Notes under the pieces: generated by a model | Told to the model about the DNA's origin: nothing | Seen by the model: the letters and a program-made list of their open reading frames with translations, nothing else | Databases searched by the model: none | Shown: in pieces, positions 51,879 through 64,000 of the stretch | Numbering within the stretch: position 1 is the stretch's first letter | Layout: each line of letters starts with the position of its first letter | Program-made: the position numbers and the translations under genes | Source: Bugula neritina | Taxonomy: Eukaryota > Animalia > Bryozoa | Assembly (NCBI GenBank): GCA_964035545.1 | Contig: OZ037766.1 | Location: 3,586,722 to 3,650,721 of the forward strand | Direction of reading: 5' to 3' | Length of the DNA stretch: 64,000 nucleotides

Positions 51879-53951
51879 ATGCAGACTGTCTCTACGCTAG
51901 CTTTTGCTCTTCTCTGCTTCATATACTGTGTAGCAGCTTACAGTGAGTTTAGTGACTATTTCAAAATTTTGCTTTACTTTACAAAAATAAATTTATTTAA
52001 ATAAGCTTTTTAGTTATACATAAATACTGTTCAAACCTTACAAACATAATGTAGGTTTCGATGCAGTTCAGTTTACTAATTGAAATCTTGGGCATTTGTG
52101 AAATAATGAAATAAAATTTGAGGTTCATATATTAACATTTTGCTGCTTTTTAATTTATTAATTTCAACTTCTAAGCCTAATGACTATAAATTCTAATAAA
52201 AAAGCACTACTTCATATTACTATAATGCTACATATTTTCATTATATATTGTATTTATTAGATTGCTGGCTAAGCTAAAAGTTATAAAAAAATTTAAAATT
52301 AAAAGCAGAACGTATTAATAACTTAGTATGTAAACATTAAGAAACTAGTAAAATAATATTATTATTAGGGCAATGCATTTCCAATTTAAATTTTAGCACC
52401 TGACCCCAAATGCGAGCCCTGCCCGGTTAGCAAATGTGGGCAATTTGCACCAGGCCAGACTCCATATTCCTGTCCCAAAGGCTATGTGAAGGATCATTGT
52501 GGGTGCGAGCTTCAGACATGTCAATGTGGTAGGTTTTCTAGAAATTTTTAATCTTAAAATTCCCATCATGTATACTCAATATGTTTCTGTTCAAAGGAAA
52601 TATATAATATTTTGGATAATTCAGTGCAATTTGAAAACTGGCCTTGAATCTCCACTCTATTAGATTAGTCTATGAACTTATATATATTATTTATTTTTCT
52701 ACTTGCAGCTGAATGTCTTCCATTTGACATGTCTGTCAAGTGTAGATATGGGTATAGAACGCAACGAGGGTGCCCAACTAAGTATTGCAGTAAGTGCTAT
52801 ATTAACTTTAGCTTTTTCTGCTTTAGTTTTAATGATAAGTTTTGAAGCAAAGTCTTTTAAATGTTTTTTTAAATGCAGCCTTCAGCTGTTAATTTTTTGC
52901 CTAATGAAAAATGATACAATTGTAGCCAGAAAAAGCTAATGTAAAGTAATAGGCCTATACTCAAGTTATTTAGTAATAGAAAATACTTTAAAAATTGATA
53001 ATTTTGGTAGCTGTAACAATAATAACTTTAAAATGTACAACCTCCATAATTTAAAATGTATTTGATAGCAAACTATACTAAAACATGCAAAACTTTTGTC
53101 CCATTTAGTTAAGATATGTATAATACAATCTACACTCATAAGAACAGCATTTTTATGCATCAACATTTTAAATAATTTCCACACAGACAGCCGCCCACCC
53201 GCACCTTCTGCTAGATGCCCCAATAGCCAGGAGCCAACTGGAGCCTTAGGACCAGAGTGTATCTCTAAGAGTGAATGTCACCCCGGGGACCTCTGCTGTA
53301 AATCTTACAAAACTAATTCTATGAACTGCATGAGAGGCATGCGGTAGGTACAGCAAGCTAAAATCCCAAGCTTACACTTCTATCTTGCTTTCGTTTATTT
53401 TTTATCCAAAATGACAAACAAATTTTCCTAGACATCTGCTTTTTTACAAAATCTTTTGGTTTAAATATAAAAACTGGAATTTTTAAGCTATTAGAAGTTA
53501 CAAAAATATTTTTTATTGATATTTACTTTGCTACTAAATTATAGTTTATAAGCAAACATATTTTGTCATAAGAAAGGCTTTATCTATATTCATAATTTCC
53601 AACAGGTTTCGATAAACTCTCTGCATTTGAGCTGTTATTTGCTTTAGTTACACATTATTTATATTTTAGCTTAGAGCAAGTAACCCCATTTCCTAACAGA
53701 TGTGGGCTGCCTCCACCTGGACCCCAAACTGAAGGAGAAATGTGTAGTCCAGATCGGCAGTGTCCAGTAGGATACATTTGCTGTCCTACCAACTTCGGCA
53801 GTCCTCTTGGCTCTATTTGCAGAAAGTAAGTATTTTGGCATAAAAAGTCAACTGTTATTTAACCTTACAGTTTAATAATCACACTAACCTCATTGCATAG
53901 CTATAGACAGTTTTAATGCTGCTTTGAAATTATTTTAGAGATGACTATTAG
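51879..53951 (+). CDS. secreted Cys-rich protein, gene E (signal peptide + 8-Cys + 4-Cys + two 6-Cys WAP-like), ~200 aa
   Basis: Exons 51879-51942, 52397-52528, 52709-52789, 53187-53343, 53670-53825, and a last exon 53939-53951 (alternative acceptor at 53900 possible). Exon sizes 132/81/157 equal those of gene A. CEPCPVSKCGQFAPGQTPYSCPKGYVKDHCGCELQTCQC; CPNSQEPTGALGPECISKSECHPGDLCCKSYKTNSMNC; CGLPPPGPQTEGEMCSPDRQCPVGYICCPTNFGSPLGSIC. Confidence 0.87.
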
Positions 53952-54494
53952 ATGATTGAAAGACCCTAAAGCAAAGACATGAACATTGAAGAGTTTCCTA
54001 TTCAAATATCTTCTTATATATTTTATTTCAACAAAGCTGTGATAAAAACTTGACATTTACTACAAATAAATAAAATATTAGCAAAATGCACTCCATATTT
54101 TCCTGGAATACTTGAAAATTCTGGCATTGATGTCACAATAGATAAGTATCAGCCCCTCAAGTTAGCCAACAAACTTTGTGCATCTACCATCCAATAAATT
54201 GACCTAAACTTGTATGTGGGGTATAGAATAAATAACTGTAGAGAATAGACATGATGTGCAACACCAAACATAACACTACATTCTTATATTCAGGCTTATC
54301 TTTTCAAAATTTATGTGACTTTTGTATACCTTGATATAGTTTACCAACAAAACTGAAAAGAGCATTTTGTAATTTGTGCTGTGCACAGTTTAATTCAGTT
54401 TATTTATTATATAACTTATTGTTTTTAATGCTGAAATTAGAAAAAACATCATTTAATTTGATGTTGATATTTCTATTAATATACCTATAATTGT

Positions 54495-55345
54495 TTAAAA
54501 AGACAGCCAGCATAGGGGTATGGCAAGGTCCGATATCAACAGTCTTCCCTTAGTACAGGTTTGCTTAATTTACTGCAATGTGACATGCAGGGGTGATGAT
54601 TTCTAATATTTTTCCAATTGTATCATGCAAAAGAATATTTAAACATAGTAAATGTCTGATTGTTTAAAAAGACTGGGGGCAGAAGGGCATGGCAAGATTT
54701 GATATCAACAGTCTCCTCCCCCCCCCACCCCCGCAGTAGATGATTGCAGCAGGGTGACAAATTCTAGTATTTTCCAATCGCATAATGTAAAGAACTGTTA
54801 TACGTGTAATTTGCTGGTAGTCTTGAAAAAACAACCAGTGTAAAGGCGTGGCAAGATCTGATATCAACAGTCTTCCTTCGTAAGAAAATTCTTCATTAAT
54901 GTGGCATGCAGGGTGATAAGTTCTAGTATTATCCAATTGCATAATGTAAAAAACTGTTATATACATGTAAATTGCTGGTAGTCTTGAAAGACAACCAGTG
55001 TAAAGGCGTGGCAAGATCTGATGTCAACAGTCTTCCTTCGTAAGAAAATTTCTTCATCACTGTGCATGACATGCAGGGTGGTAATTTCTAACATTTTTCC
55101 AATTGTAATCACGCACAAAATTTCTATACATGCTAATAAACCACTGGATGTTTTTAAAGACAGCTTCAATGTGAATCATAGAAGTATGGCAAAATCCGAT
55201 ATCCACAATCTTCATCCGTAAGAAGTTTTCTTTACCAATGTGACATGCAGGGGTGATAATTCTGACTTTTTGTTGGAGGGCATCGTTACTGTCCATAATA
55301 AATGTCTGGTTGTTTTATAAGGCAGCCAGCGTAGGGTATGACAAG
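54495..55345. repeat. ~160-175-bp tandem repeat array, ~5 copies
   Basis: Recurring GGCAAG(G/A)TCCGATATCAACAGTCTT and AATGTGACATGCAGGGGTGAT motifs at ~54532, 54701, 54860, 55020, 55198. Confidence 0.9.
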
Positions 55346-56229
55346 TTTAACTCTTCACTATTACCTCTTTATGTAAGAGTAATTTACTTTTGTCTAGCAG
55401 CATAGTAAAGGCAAATCACTCAACTTATTCTTGTGAAATTTACATTATGCCAACTCTTTGTTTAGCTCTTTACAAAATTTCCATTTTTTACATCAAATAT
55501 TTGCAATCTCGATAAAATGTGACAAGCTACACAGCTTCTTTTGCATAAAATAGTTTTAGCTAATTCCAGCATAAATCAGACATTCACTTTTTGTGTCATG
55601 TCTGGAAATATATTATTTATTCATTGAAGTGATAATTTTGACACCAACTAAAAAATAAACAAAAATGATTGCATTGTTTTGTTGACAAAACTTTGATGAT
55701 GTTGCCATATCTAGTTGAAAAAATCATGTTGCAAATAAATAAACATATTTTTTAGTGCAGCTTTGCCAGTAGGATGTTTAGCGCTGGTGAAGGTTTATAG
55801 TAACTAAATCAAGGATTTTGACACTCTAGAACTTGTTATATTTTCTTGCTAATTTTATTTTGCACGTAAAATTTCAAGGAATTTCTACAAAAGAAAACAA
55901 TTCTTACTTAAAATGCACCTTTTTTACTGTCTCTTTTAGCAATAATTAAGAAACTTTAAAAAAATGAAAGAACTATTACATCTCTGTGGAATTTTGAATA
56001 GTTTGTAACTTTGTTCATTTAGATTTTAGAGGCTAGTAATATTATTTTGCAGAAAACAAGTTTATATAATAACCAAGTCAAAACTTTGTAGAAAACTTCG
56101 ATATTTATCTAAAACAGAGAAAATAACTACAACTTTAATAACATATGAAATTAACAACCTCAGCCTTTAGTCCTATAAATTTTTGACCTTTGAAAACAGT
56201 ATAATTAAGATATCTGCTTTCAGCTAGCT

Positions 56230-56250
56230 TATATATCTTATATATATGTA

Positions 56251-56286
<36 letters not shown>

Positions 56287-56341
56287 TACATATATACTAT
56301 AGTATATATGTAGTATATATATATACTATAGTATATATGTA

Positions 56342-56425
<84 letters not shown>

Positions 56426-56440
56426 GTATGTATATATATA
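56230..56440. repeat. (TA)n microsatellite upstream of gene F
   Basis: Direct reading; paralog of 51157-51468. Confidence 0.93.
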
Positions 56441-56619
56441 AGTTTATGATAATATATACGTTTCAACAAAAGTGTGCTGAACATAAAGATTCTTTCTAAA
56501 CTGTGCACACCAGGCAATGTATTGCTCAATGCAAGCCAGTGACAACTCATTTAGTATATAAAGGGCTCTGCTTGGTGTGTAAATCATTCAACTCTATCTT
56601 CAACTCAAAGAAACTCATC

Positions 56620-58720
56620 ATGCAAGCTGTCTCTACGCTAGCTTTTGCTCTTCTTTGCTTCATATACTGTGTAGCAGCTAACTGTGAGTTTGTTGACTAT
56701 TTCAGATTTTGCTCAACTTTACAAAAGCAAATTCATTTTATTAAATTTTTTTAATTATACATATATACTGTTAAAAATAATTTAGGTTTTTTTTAGCATT
56801 TTAATTGACTGATTTAAGTTTTTTGTTCATTTTTGTCTTTCAAAGTTTTAATTAGTGTATAAGTAATAAAATTTGAGATTTATGCATTATAATTATACTG
56901 TTCTTTTAATTTAATAATTCTATAAATATAAATTGTAATATTTCATGGTACATTTTGGTGTTACTGCATTTATTATGTTGCTAGGTTGCACTAGAATTTA
57001 TTAGGATATAAAAAAGTATATATATTAATATTAGCTTATACTTTGTAGACGTAAAAAAGAAGAAACAATATTATTTAGAAAATAATATATTTCCAATAGT
57101 TTATAATTTTAGCTCCTGGTTACTTTTGCGAACCCTGCCCGGTTAGCAGATGTGGGCAGTTTGCACCAGGCCAGACTCCATATTCTTGTCCTAAAGGCTA
57201 TGTGAAGGATCATTGTGGGTGCGAGCTTCAGACATGTCAATGTGGTAAGTTTTCTAAACAATCTTGAACTTAAATTTCCTATATTCTAATTATATAACCT
57301 GTATGTTTCTATTCATAGGAAATCTATAATAAATGTTATAGTTTGTATAACTTAGCACTTTTGCAACCTTGTCTGCAAGCCCCACTTCATATTAGATTAG
57401 TCTATGAACTTATATATATTATTTCTTTTTCTACTTGCAGCTGAATGCCCATCATTTGACATGTCTGTCAAGTGTATATATGGGTACAGAACGCAACGAG
57501 GATGCCCAACTGAGTATTGCAGTAAGTTTTATTAGCTTTAACTTTTTCTGCTTTAATAATTAAAATACTCTAAAAGTAAAGCCATTTGAAAGTTTTCTAA
57601 GCGCAGCTCTCAGCTTTTTGCTTTTTTGAACTTGATAATACAATAATTATAGCAAACAGAAGCACATGTAAAATAATATATTAAAGTTATTTAATAATAG
57701 AAAATAATCATAACATGCTCTTCTCGGTAAATGTATAAATTTTAAAATGCACAGCCATTATAATTTACAATAAATTTGATATTAGACTACACTAGAACTT
57801 TTGGTACAAAAGATATAAAAAGCTAAAATTATATGAAGATCACCAGTATGAATGAAACATTTAAACTTTATTTCCACACAGACAACGGCCCACCCGCACC
57901 TTCTGCCAGATGTCCCAATAGCCAGGAGCCAACTGGAGCCTTAGGACCAGAGTGTATCTCTAAGAGTGAATGTCACTCCGGGGACCTCTGCTGTAAATCT
58001 TACAAAACTAATTCTATGAACTGCATGAGTGGCATGCGGTAGGTACAGCAAGTTACTACAACCTCAGCTTCATAATTTGGTTTTGCAGTCTATTTATTTT
58101 CTATACGAAATGGCAAACAACCTTTCTCAGACATCTGCATATTGGTCATTAACAAAAACATTCATGCTGATTCACGTAATGAGTTGTTTATGTAAAAACT
58201 AAGATTGTTATGTTATTACAAATTACAAAAATATTTTTAATTGATGTTTAATTCTATTTGCTGCTATAAATGATAGTTTATAAACAAATAGTTTCATGTT
58301 TAGAAATGTTTTATTCATAATTATTATCTTTTACTTAAAATCAAGTTCATCTATATTCATAATCTTTAACAGGATTTGCTAAACTCTCTGCATTTTAGTT
58401 GCTTTGCTTTAGTTGCAAATTATTAATATTTTAGCATAGATAAAGTAAACCCATTCTCTAACAGATGTGGGCTGCCTCCACCTGGACCCCAAACTGAAGG
58501 AGAAGAGTGTAGTCCAGACTTGCAGTGTCCAGTAGGATACATTTGCTGTCCTACCAACTTCGGCAGTCCTCTTGGCTCTATTTGCAGAAAGTAAGTATTT
58601 TTGCATAAAAACTCAACTGTTATTTACCCTTTAAATATACAGTTTACTAATCACACTGACCTCATTGCATAGCTATAGACAGTTTTAATGCTGCTTTGAA
58701 ATTATTTTAGAGATGACTGA
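56620..58720 (+). CDS. secreted Cys-rich protein, gene F (paralog of E), ~199 aa
   Basis: Exons 56620-56683, 57113-57244, 57441-57521, 57882-58038, 58435-58590, and a last exon 58711-58720 (acceptor uncertain). Same exon sizes and phases as E, with all Cys conserved. Confidence 0.87.
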
Positions 58721-59259
58721 CTATTAAATGATTGAAAGAACCTGAAGCAAAGACATGAACACTATTAAAGAGTTTCCCATTCAAATATCTTCTTATATAT
58801 TTTATTTTAACAAAGCTGTAAAAAAATTAAAATTTAATACAGATAAATAAACTATTATCTACAACTAGAACCATATTTTGTTGGAATACTTGATAACGTT
58901 GCCGTTTATGTCACTTTAAATTAGCCAACAGACTTTGTGCATCTACCATTCAATAAATTGACCTAAACTTGTATGTGGGGTACGTATAGAATAAATACCT
59001 GTAAAGAATAGACATGAAGTGCAACACCAAACATAACACTGCATTTGTATATTCAGGCTTATCTTTTCAAAATTTATGTGACTTTTGTATACCTTGATAG
59101 TTTACCAACAAAACTGAAAAGAGTATTTTGTAATTTGTGCTGTGCACAGTTTAATTCAGTTTATTTATTATATAACTTATTGTTTTTAATGCTGAAATTA
59201 GAAAAAAACATCATTTAATTTGATGTTAATATTTCTATTAATATACCTAATTGTTAAAA

Positions 59260-60890
59260 AAAGACAACCAGCATAGGGGTATGGCAAGGTCCGATATCAA
59301 CAGTCTTCCCTTAGTAGAAGTTTGCTTTACGGCAATGTGACATGCAGGAGTGATGACTTCTAATATTTGTCTAATTGTATCATGCAAAGAACTTTTATAC
59401 ATAGTAAATATTTGGTAGTTTTAAAAGACAGCCTCAGCGTAAGTCATAGAGGTATGGCAAGATCCGATATCAACAGTCTTCCCTCAGTAAAAGATTTTTT
59501 ACCTATGTGACATGCAGGGGAGATGACTTCTAATATTTGTCCAATTGTATCATGCAAAATGTTTTATACATAGTAAATGTCTGATTGTTTAAAAAGACTC
59601 CGAGCAGAAGGGTATGGCAAGATCCGATATCAACAGTCTTCTCTCATTAGAAGATTTTTTGCTAATGTGGCATGCAGGGGAGATAATTTCTAATATCTGT
59701 CCATTGCAGTCACACACAGAACTTTTATACATACGAATAAACGACTGGCTGTTTCAAAGGACAGCCATTGTAGGGGCATGACAAGGTCCGATATCAACAG
59801 TCTTCCATCGTAAGAAGATTTCTTCGCCAATGTGACATGCAGGGGTGATACATTTCAATATTTGTCCAACTGTACCACGCAAAGAACTTTTATACATGTA
59901 AATTTCTGATAGTCTTAAAAGGCAGCCATTGTAGAGGCATGACAAGGTCCGATATCAACAGTCTTCCTTCGTAAGAAGATTTCTTCACCAATGTGACATG
60001 CAGTGGGGATGATTTCTAACTTTTGTCTAATTGTATCGTGCAAAGAACTTTTATACATAGTAAATGTCAGATTGTTTAAAAATACTGCGAGCAAAAGGGT
60101 ATGGCAAGATCCGATATCAACAGTCTTCCCTCATGAGAAGATATTTTGCTAATGTGGCATGCAGGGGAGATAATTTCTAATATTTATCTATTGTAATCAT
60201 GCACAGAATTTTCATGCATACAATTAAATCACTGGCTGCTTTAAAAAAGACAGTCTCAATGTGTCATAAAGGTATGGCAAGATCCGATATCAACAGCCTT
60301 CATTCATATGAAGTTTTCTTTATCAATGTGACATGCATGGGTGATAATTCTTATCATTACTGTTCATAATAGATGTCTAGTTGTTTTAAAAGACAGCCAC
60401 CATAGGGTATGACAAGGTCCGATATCAACAGTCTTCCCTCATTAGAAAATCTTTTGCTAATGTGGCATGCAGTGGAGATAATTTCTAATATTTGTCTATT
60501 GTAATCACGCATAGAATTTTCATGCATACGGTTAAACCACTGGCTGCTTTAAAAGACAGCCTCAACGTGTCATGAAGGTATGGCAAGATCCGATATCAAC
60601 AGCCTTCATTCGTAAGAAGTTTTCTTTATCAATGTGACATGCAGGGGTGATAAATTTTAATATTTGTCCAATTGTACCATGCAAAGAACTTTTATACATG
60701 TAAATTGCTGGTAGTCTTAAAAGACAGCCAGTGTAGGGCATGACAAGGTCCGATATCAACAGTCTGTTTTCAATAGAAGATTTTCTAAAAAAAGATCAAG
60801 TTCGAAATACTAGATGCCTTGTTTTATAAAAATTAAATGATGACTGAGATATCATAAAAACATGACAAGATCAGATATTAACAGTCTTCT
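59260..60890. repeat. ~135-175-bp tandem repeat array, ~10-11 copies
   Basis: GATATCAAC marker at ~59293, 59466, 59626, 59790, 59951, 60113, 60285, 60421, 60592, 60752 and a decayed one at ~60873; same family as 54495-55345. Confidence 0.9.
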
Positions 60891-63183
60891 CTCTATGCAT
60901 GTTTGTTCATCGAATTCAAAATAAATGAAAAATGTAGAAATTAAATGAGTTTCTTGTGACTTACATTTAAGTTGAAGTAAAATAATTTTCTTGTAGTACA
61001 CTATAACAGTGCACAATGTGTCTTAGAAGATCTTCCTAGTAGATGTAAGAGCTTCAAAGTTTTATAATGATAAACCCAAAAGCTTATACAGTCAATGATT
61101 TATTTAATTCTTTTGTAAACAAGATAAACAGTTTTACAACTCAACCCATTGTGATGACATCACAATCAGTAAAGAATTTTTGTTTGAATTATGATGACAT
61201 TGTGTAATGCGCAATGCTAAGGGTACAAAAATTTATCTTGTAGTATTCCCCAATTTCCATTACATTCAAGGAAATACAACTCTATATTTCATGAATTTGT
61301 AACATCTTTCATTGATTAACTACTTTACACATTGATTTGTTAGTCATAAGAAATGCCTATATAGTTTTATTGCATTCAAGAGTTAAATGCCTATTAATTT
61401 CTGTATGCTGAAATTGCTTTTTTTACGATGCTAAAGTGCATTTTTTCATTATCATATCAAGATTTATTTAGCTACTGTCTAAACCTTATAATATTTTAGC
61501 TTCTCATGAAAATATTGTTTGGAAAATAAATGAAATAATAATATAATATTACTTTATCCATTTGTCAAAACAAAATTTCTTTTTCAAAAATGAAAATGCC
61601 AAAATATTTCACTCACGCTGTAGTATGAAAAAATGATTCCACCAGTTAAGTTTACTTTCACAGGCTTTACAATATTTGCTTGTGTTATAAGTAATATCAT
61701 GAAAGTTTATAAATATAATAACCAATAAACTTTTATTTTTCTGCACGAAAAGGCAGAATATGCAAATGTGATGCATTATGATGTTGAAAAAAGCCTTTTA
61801 AAAAGCAATTCAGTAAACAAACTTCATTGGAAGGTAACTGCTTGTCATTTGTCATATTATGTGTTAGTTATACTTCTTTTGAAAGCTTTAAAGCTCTAAT
61901 ATCTTTTTGCCATCTACTGCAAATTCTCATTTGCAACTTTTGAGAATAACCTGTATTGTTAAAAAATAGTATTAGAAATGTCATAGTTATTATATCTTGC
62001 AAAAGTGTTGCAAGACTAACCTCAAAGCTATAACCACAATGCAATAAATACATTCTAGACTTAACAGCTTATGCTGTAGCCAAAGGTTTTAACATAATCA
62101 AATGATCCATCACACATATTTGTGTTGTCTGCTATTCAAACTTTACAATTAAAACTATAATATGTCGTTTTCATAACTAATTTTTCTTAGTGCCATAGTT
62201 CCTTGAGTGAATAATGATTATGTCTGAAATTATTTGTTTAATGGTATGTGTGTGGCTAACCAAAACTTTTGCCAATGCAATGAAGACGCCAAGACAATGT
62301 TGTTTAAAATGTGTGTAATAATGACATTGCTGTTTGAATTAAATATTTTTACCAACCATCATTTGACTGTCTCTCTGTTAATTTCAATCAGCATGCTATG
62401 CTTTGCTGTTGCAGCACTCAGAATAATTACTAAGCTGGCTAAAGGAAATTATAGTAGCTGTTAGGAGTCAAAGTTAGCAATCATTAATATCAGTTCTGCG
62501 GACACTGAGCCTAACCTAACAATAATTTCATCAGCAAATGGGCCATCATCCTTAATTAATTCAAGACATGTATGCAGAAAATCTATCATAAAACCAATAT
62601 GCCTGAGCATATTACTATGAAGTTGTATTTAGCTAATAGCAAAGATATGTGTGAATTATTTAATACTACATAAAAATAATTGGTGTCGAAGGTTCTTTAA
62701 ATGTTAAATGGTTATATTATTGGTGCTTATAGAAAATGCAGTTTTCTAGCCAATTCCTCACTCTTTATGGATGTTTTGTCCCTTCGCATGTATATTTGAA
62801 ATATAGGTGAACTGTGACAGTATTTTGACATATTAAAGTTTTATTGTGCACAGGAGAAGTTAACTAGTCGATTAATGCAGAGAAAGTAAAATCAGTATTA
62901 AAAAACATAAGCTGTTTAACTGAACGCTTTTATAGACTTTTTTCCAAAAACATGTACAATAACAATGCTATAATACAACAAACAGCATATAATATGGTGA
63001 TTACTATTTTTTTGCAAACTTTTATTACAACAAAGTGCTTTTTATCACTCAAAGGACTGCTATATATAGCAACTTCAAACAATGTTGGTTACAAAATGAT
63101 AATGCTTCATTACTAATTTTGACAAACATAAACACTATTTCAAATATTCTACAGACATTTTCACTTTATTAAAAATATAAGAT

Positions 63184-64000
63184 TTAATTTGGCCTAACAG
63201 TTGCATTCTTAAGTTTCATCAGATTCATTACATGAATACGGTAGCCTGGGGTCATGAAAAAATACAGAACAACATTAAGAATGCTAAAAATTGTCACGTA
63301 AAAGAAGGAAATCCATCTGGCCAAATACCCTAAACTATTTGGAATGGCGTCAACACTATTACAAACCACAGATACGATTGTTGGAATGTAAGATAGGTAA
63401 AGAGTGATGGAGACTATCATAATATACTGGGCAGACCTCTTTACTATCAGATCATCTTGTCCTGGAGTTGCATTTCTAGACTGCATTCTTTTCAACTCTC
63501 TCCAAGCCTTTGATAAGCAGATGGCAGAAGTGACGAAAGCTGTCGTAATGGATCCACCAAAAACAACGCTGGTCAGCTTATTGGGTTCACTTGGGATAGC
63601 TCCAAACTCATCAAAGCAATAATCGGCAAAGTCAGTAGCAATGACGATTGTCATGAGAGCGAAAGTAAATATCCAAATAAGGCCCAAGATGAGTTTCATG
63701 TTGTTAACTATTTTGTTAGTATTCAACTGAAAGGGGAGGCATATAGAAACGTATCGTTCATAGCTACCAATTGCCAGAACAAAATTTCGAGCAACGAATG
63801 AAACAAATGAGAATATAGTAACCGTTATTTGGAAAGTTCGAGCACTAGCGATCGGTAAGGCTGTAATTTGTTTGTTTAACTCACAGTTTACTGCCAGGGA
63901 GAAAGCAAAGCAGGTCACAATGTCACATATACCGATGTTCACCACGATCCAAAATGATGCATTTCTTCTCGATTGGTCCAACTTTTTCAGAAAAACCAGG
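63184..64000 (-). CDS. rhodopsin-like (class A) GPCR, 5'-partial, no intron in the visible part
   Basis: TM2 VNIGICD, TM3 SYERYVSICLPF, TM4 LIWI, TM6 SYIP, TM7 LNVVLY followed by TPGYR. The frame is open to the window edge (LVFLKKLDQSRR), so the TTG start in the ORF track is not the true start. Confidence 0.9.
   Translation of the reverse strand, partial: LVFLKKLDQSRRNASFWIVVNIGICDIVTCFAFSLAVNCELNKQITALPIASARTFQITVTIFSFVSFVARNFVLAIGSYERYVSICLPFQLNTNKIVNNMKLILGLIWIFTFALMTIVIATDFADYCFDEFGAIPSEPNKLTSVVFGGSITTAFVTSAICLSKAWRELKRMQSRNATPGQDDLIVKRSAQYIMIVSITLYLSYIPTIVSVVCNSVDAIPNSLGYLARWISFFYVTIFSILNVVLYFFMTPGYRIHVMNLMKLKNATVRPN

Noticed and set aside
54664-60759. Several 60-116-aa ORFs with similar PACHI/GCL motifs
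   Set aside because: Translations of the ~165-bp tandem repeat; the frames are not preserved between units.
54495-60890. CRISPR-like array (conserved ~30-nt motif recurring at regular spacing)
   Set aside because: The intervening sequences are homologous to each other rather than unique spacers, there are no cas genes, and the context is a spliced eukaryotic genome.

Overview
AT-rich, intron-containing animal (probably invertebrate) genomic DNA; the species cannot be determined from the sequence alone. From left to right: a tRNA-Thr-derived SINE; an intact single-ORF CR1/L2-group LINE (-); a 9-exon SLC22-type organic cation transporter gene (-); a ~42-kb cluster (16.5-58.7 kb) of six spliced genes plus one pseudogene for small secreted cysteine-rich proteins; and a 5'-truncated class A GPCR at the right edge. 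The cluster genes are assembled mostly from phase-1 exon modules (signal peptide, EGF-like, 8-Cys IGFBP-N/antistasin-like, 4-Cys antistasin-like, 6-Cys WAP-like). Four lie on - and two on +, diverging around a 2.1-kb 16-bp satellite. Two tandem segmental duplications can be reconstructed and used as empty-site controls for a Ty3/Gypsy insertion, tRNA-derived elements, new perfect palindromes and a 101-bp insert within a (TA)n tract. That insert contains a complete minimal type I hammerhead ribozyme (51271-51317). The ORF track shows only fragments of the cluster genes. All gene models were spliced by hand from GT-AG sites, reading frame and paralog comparison, without transcript evidence.
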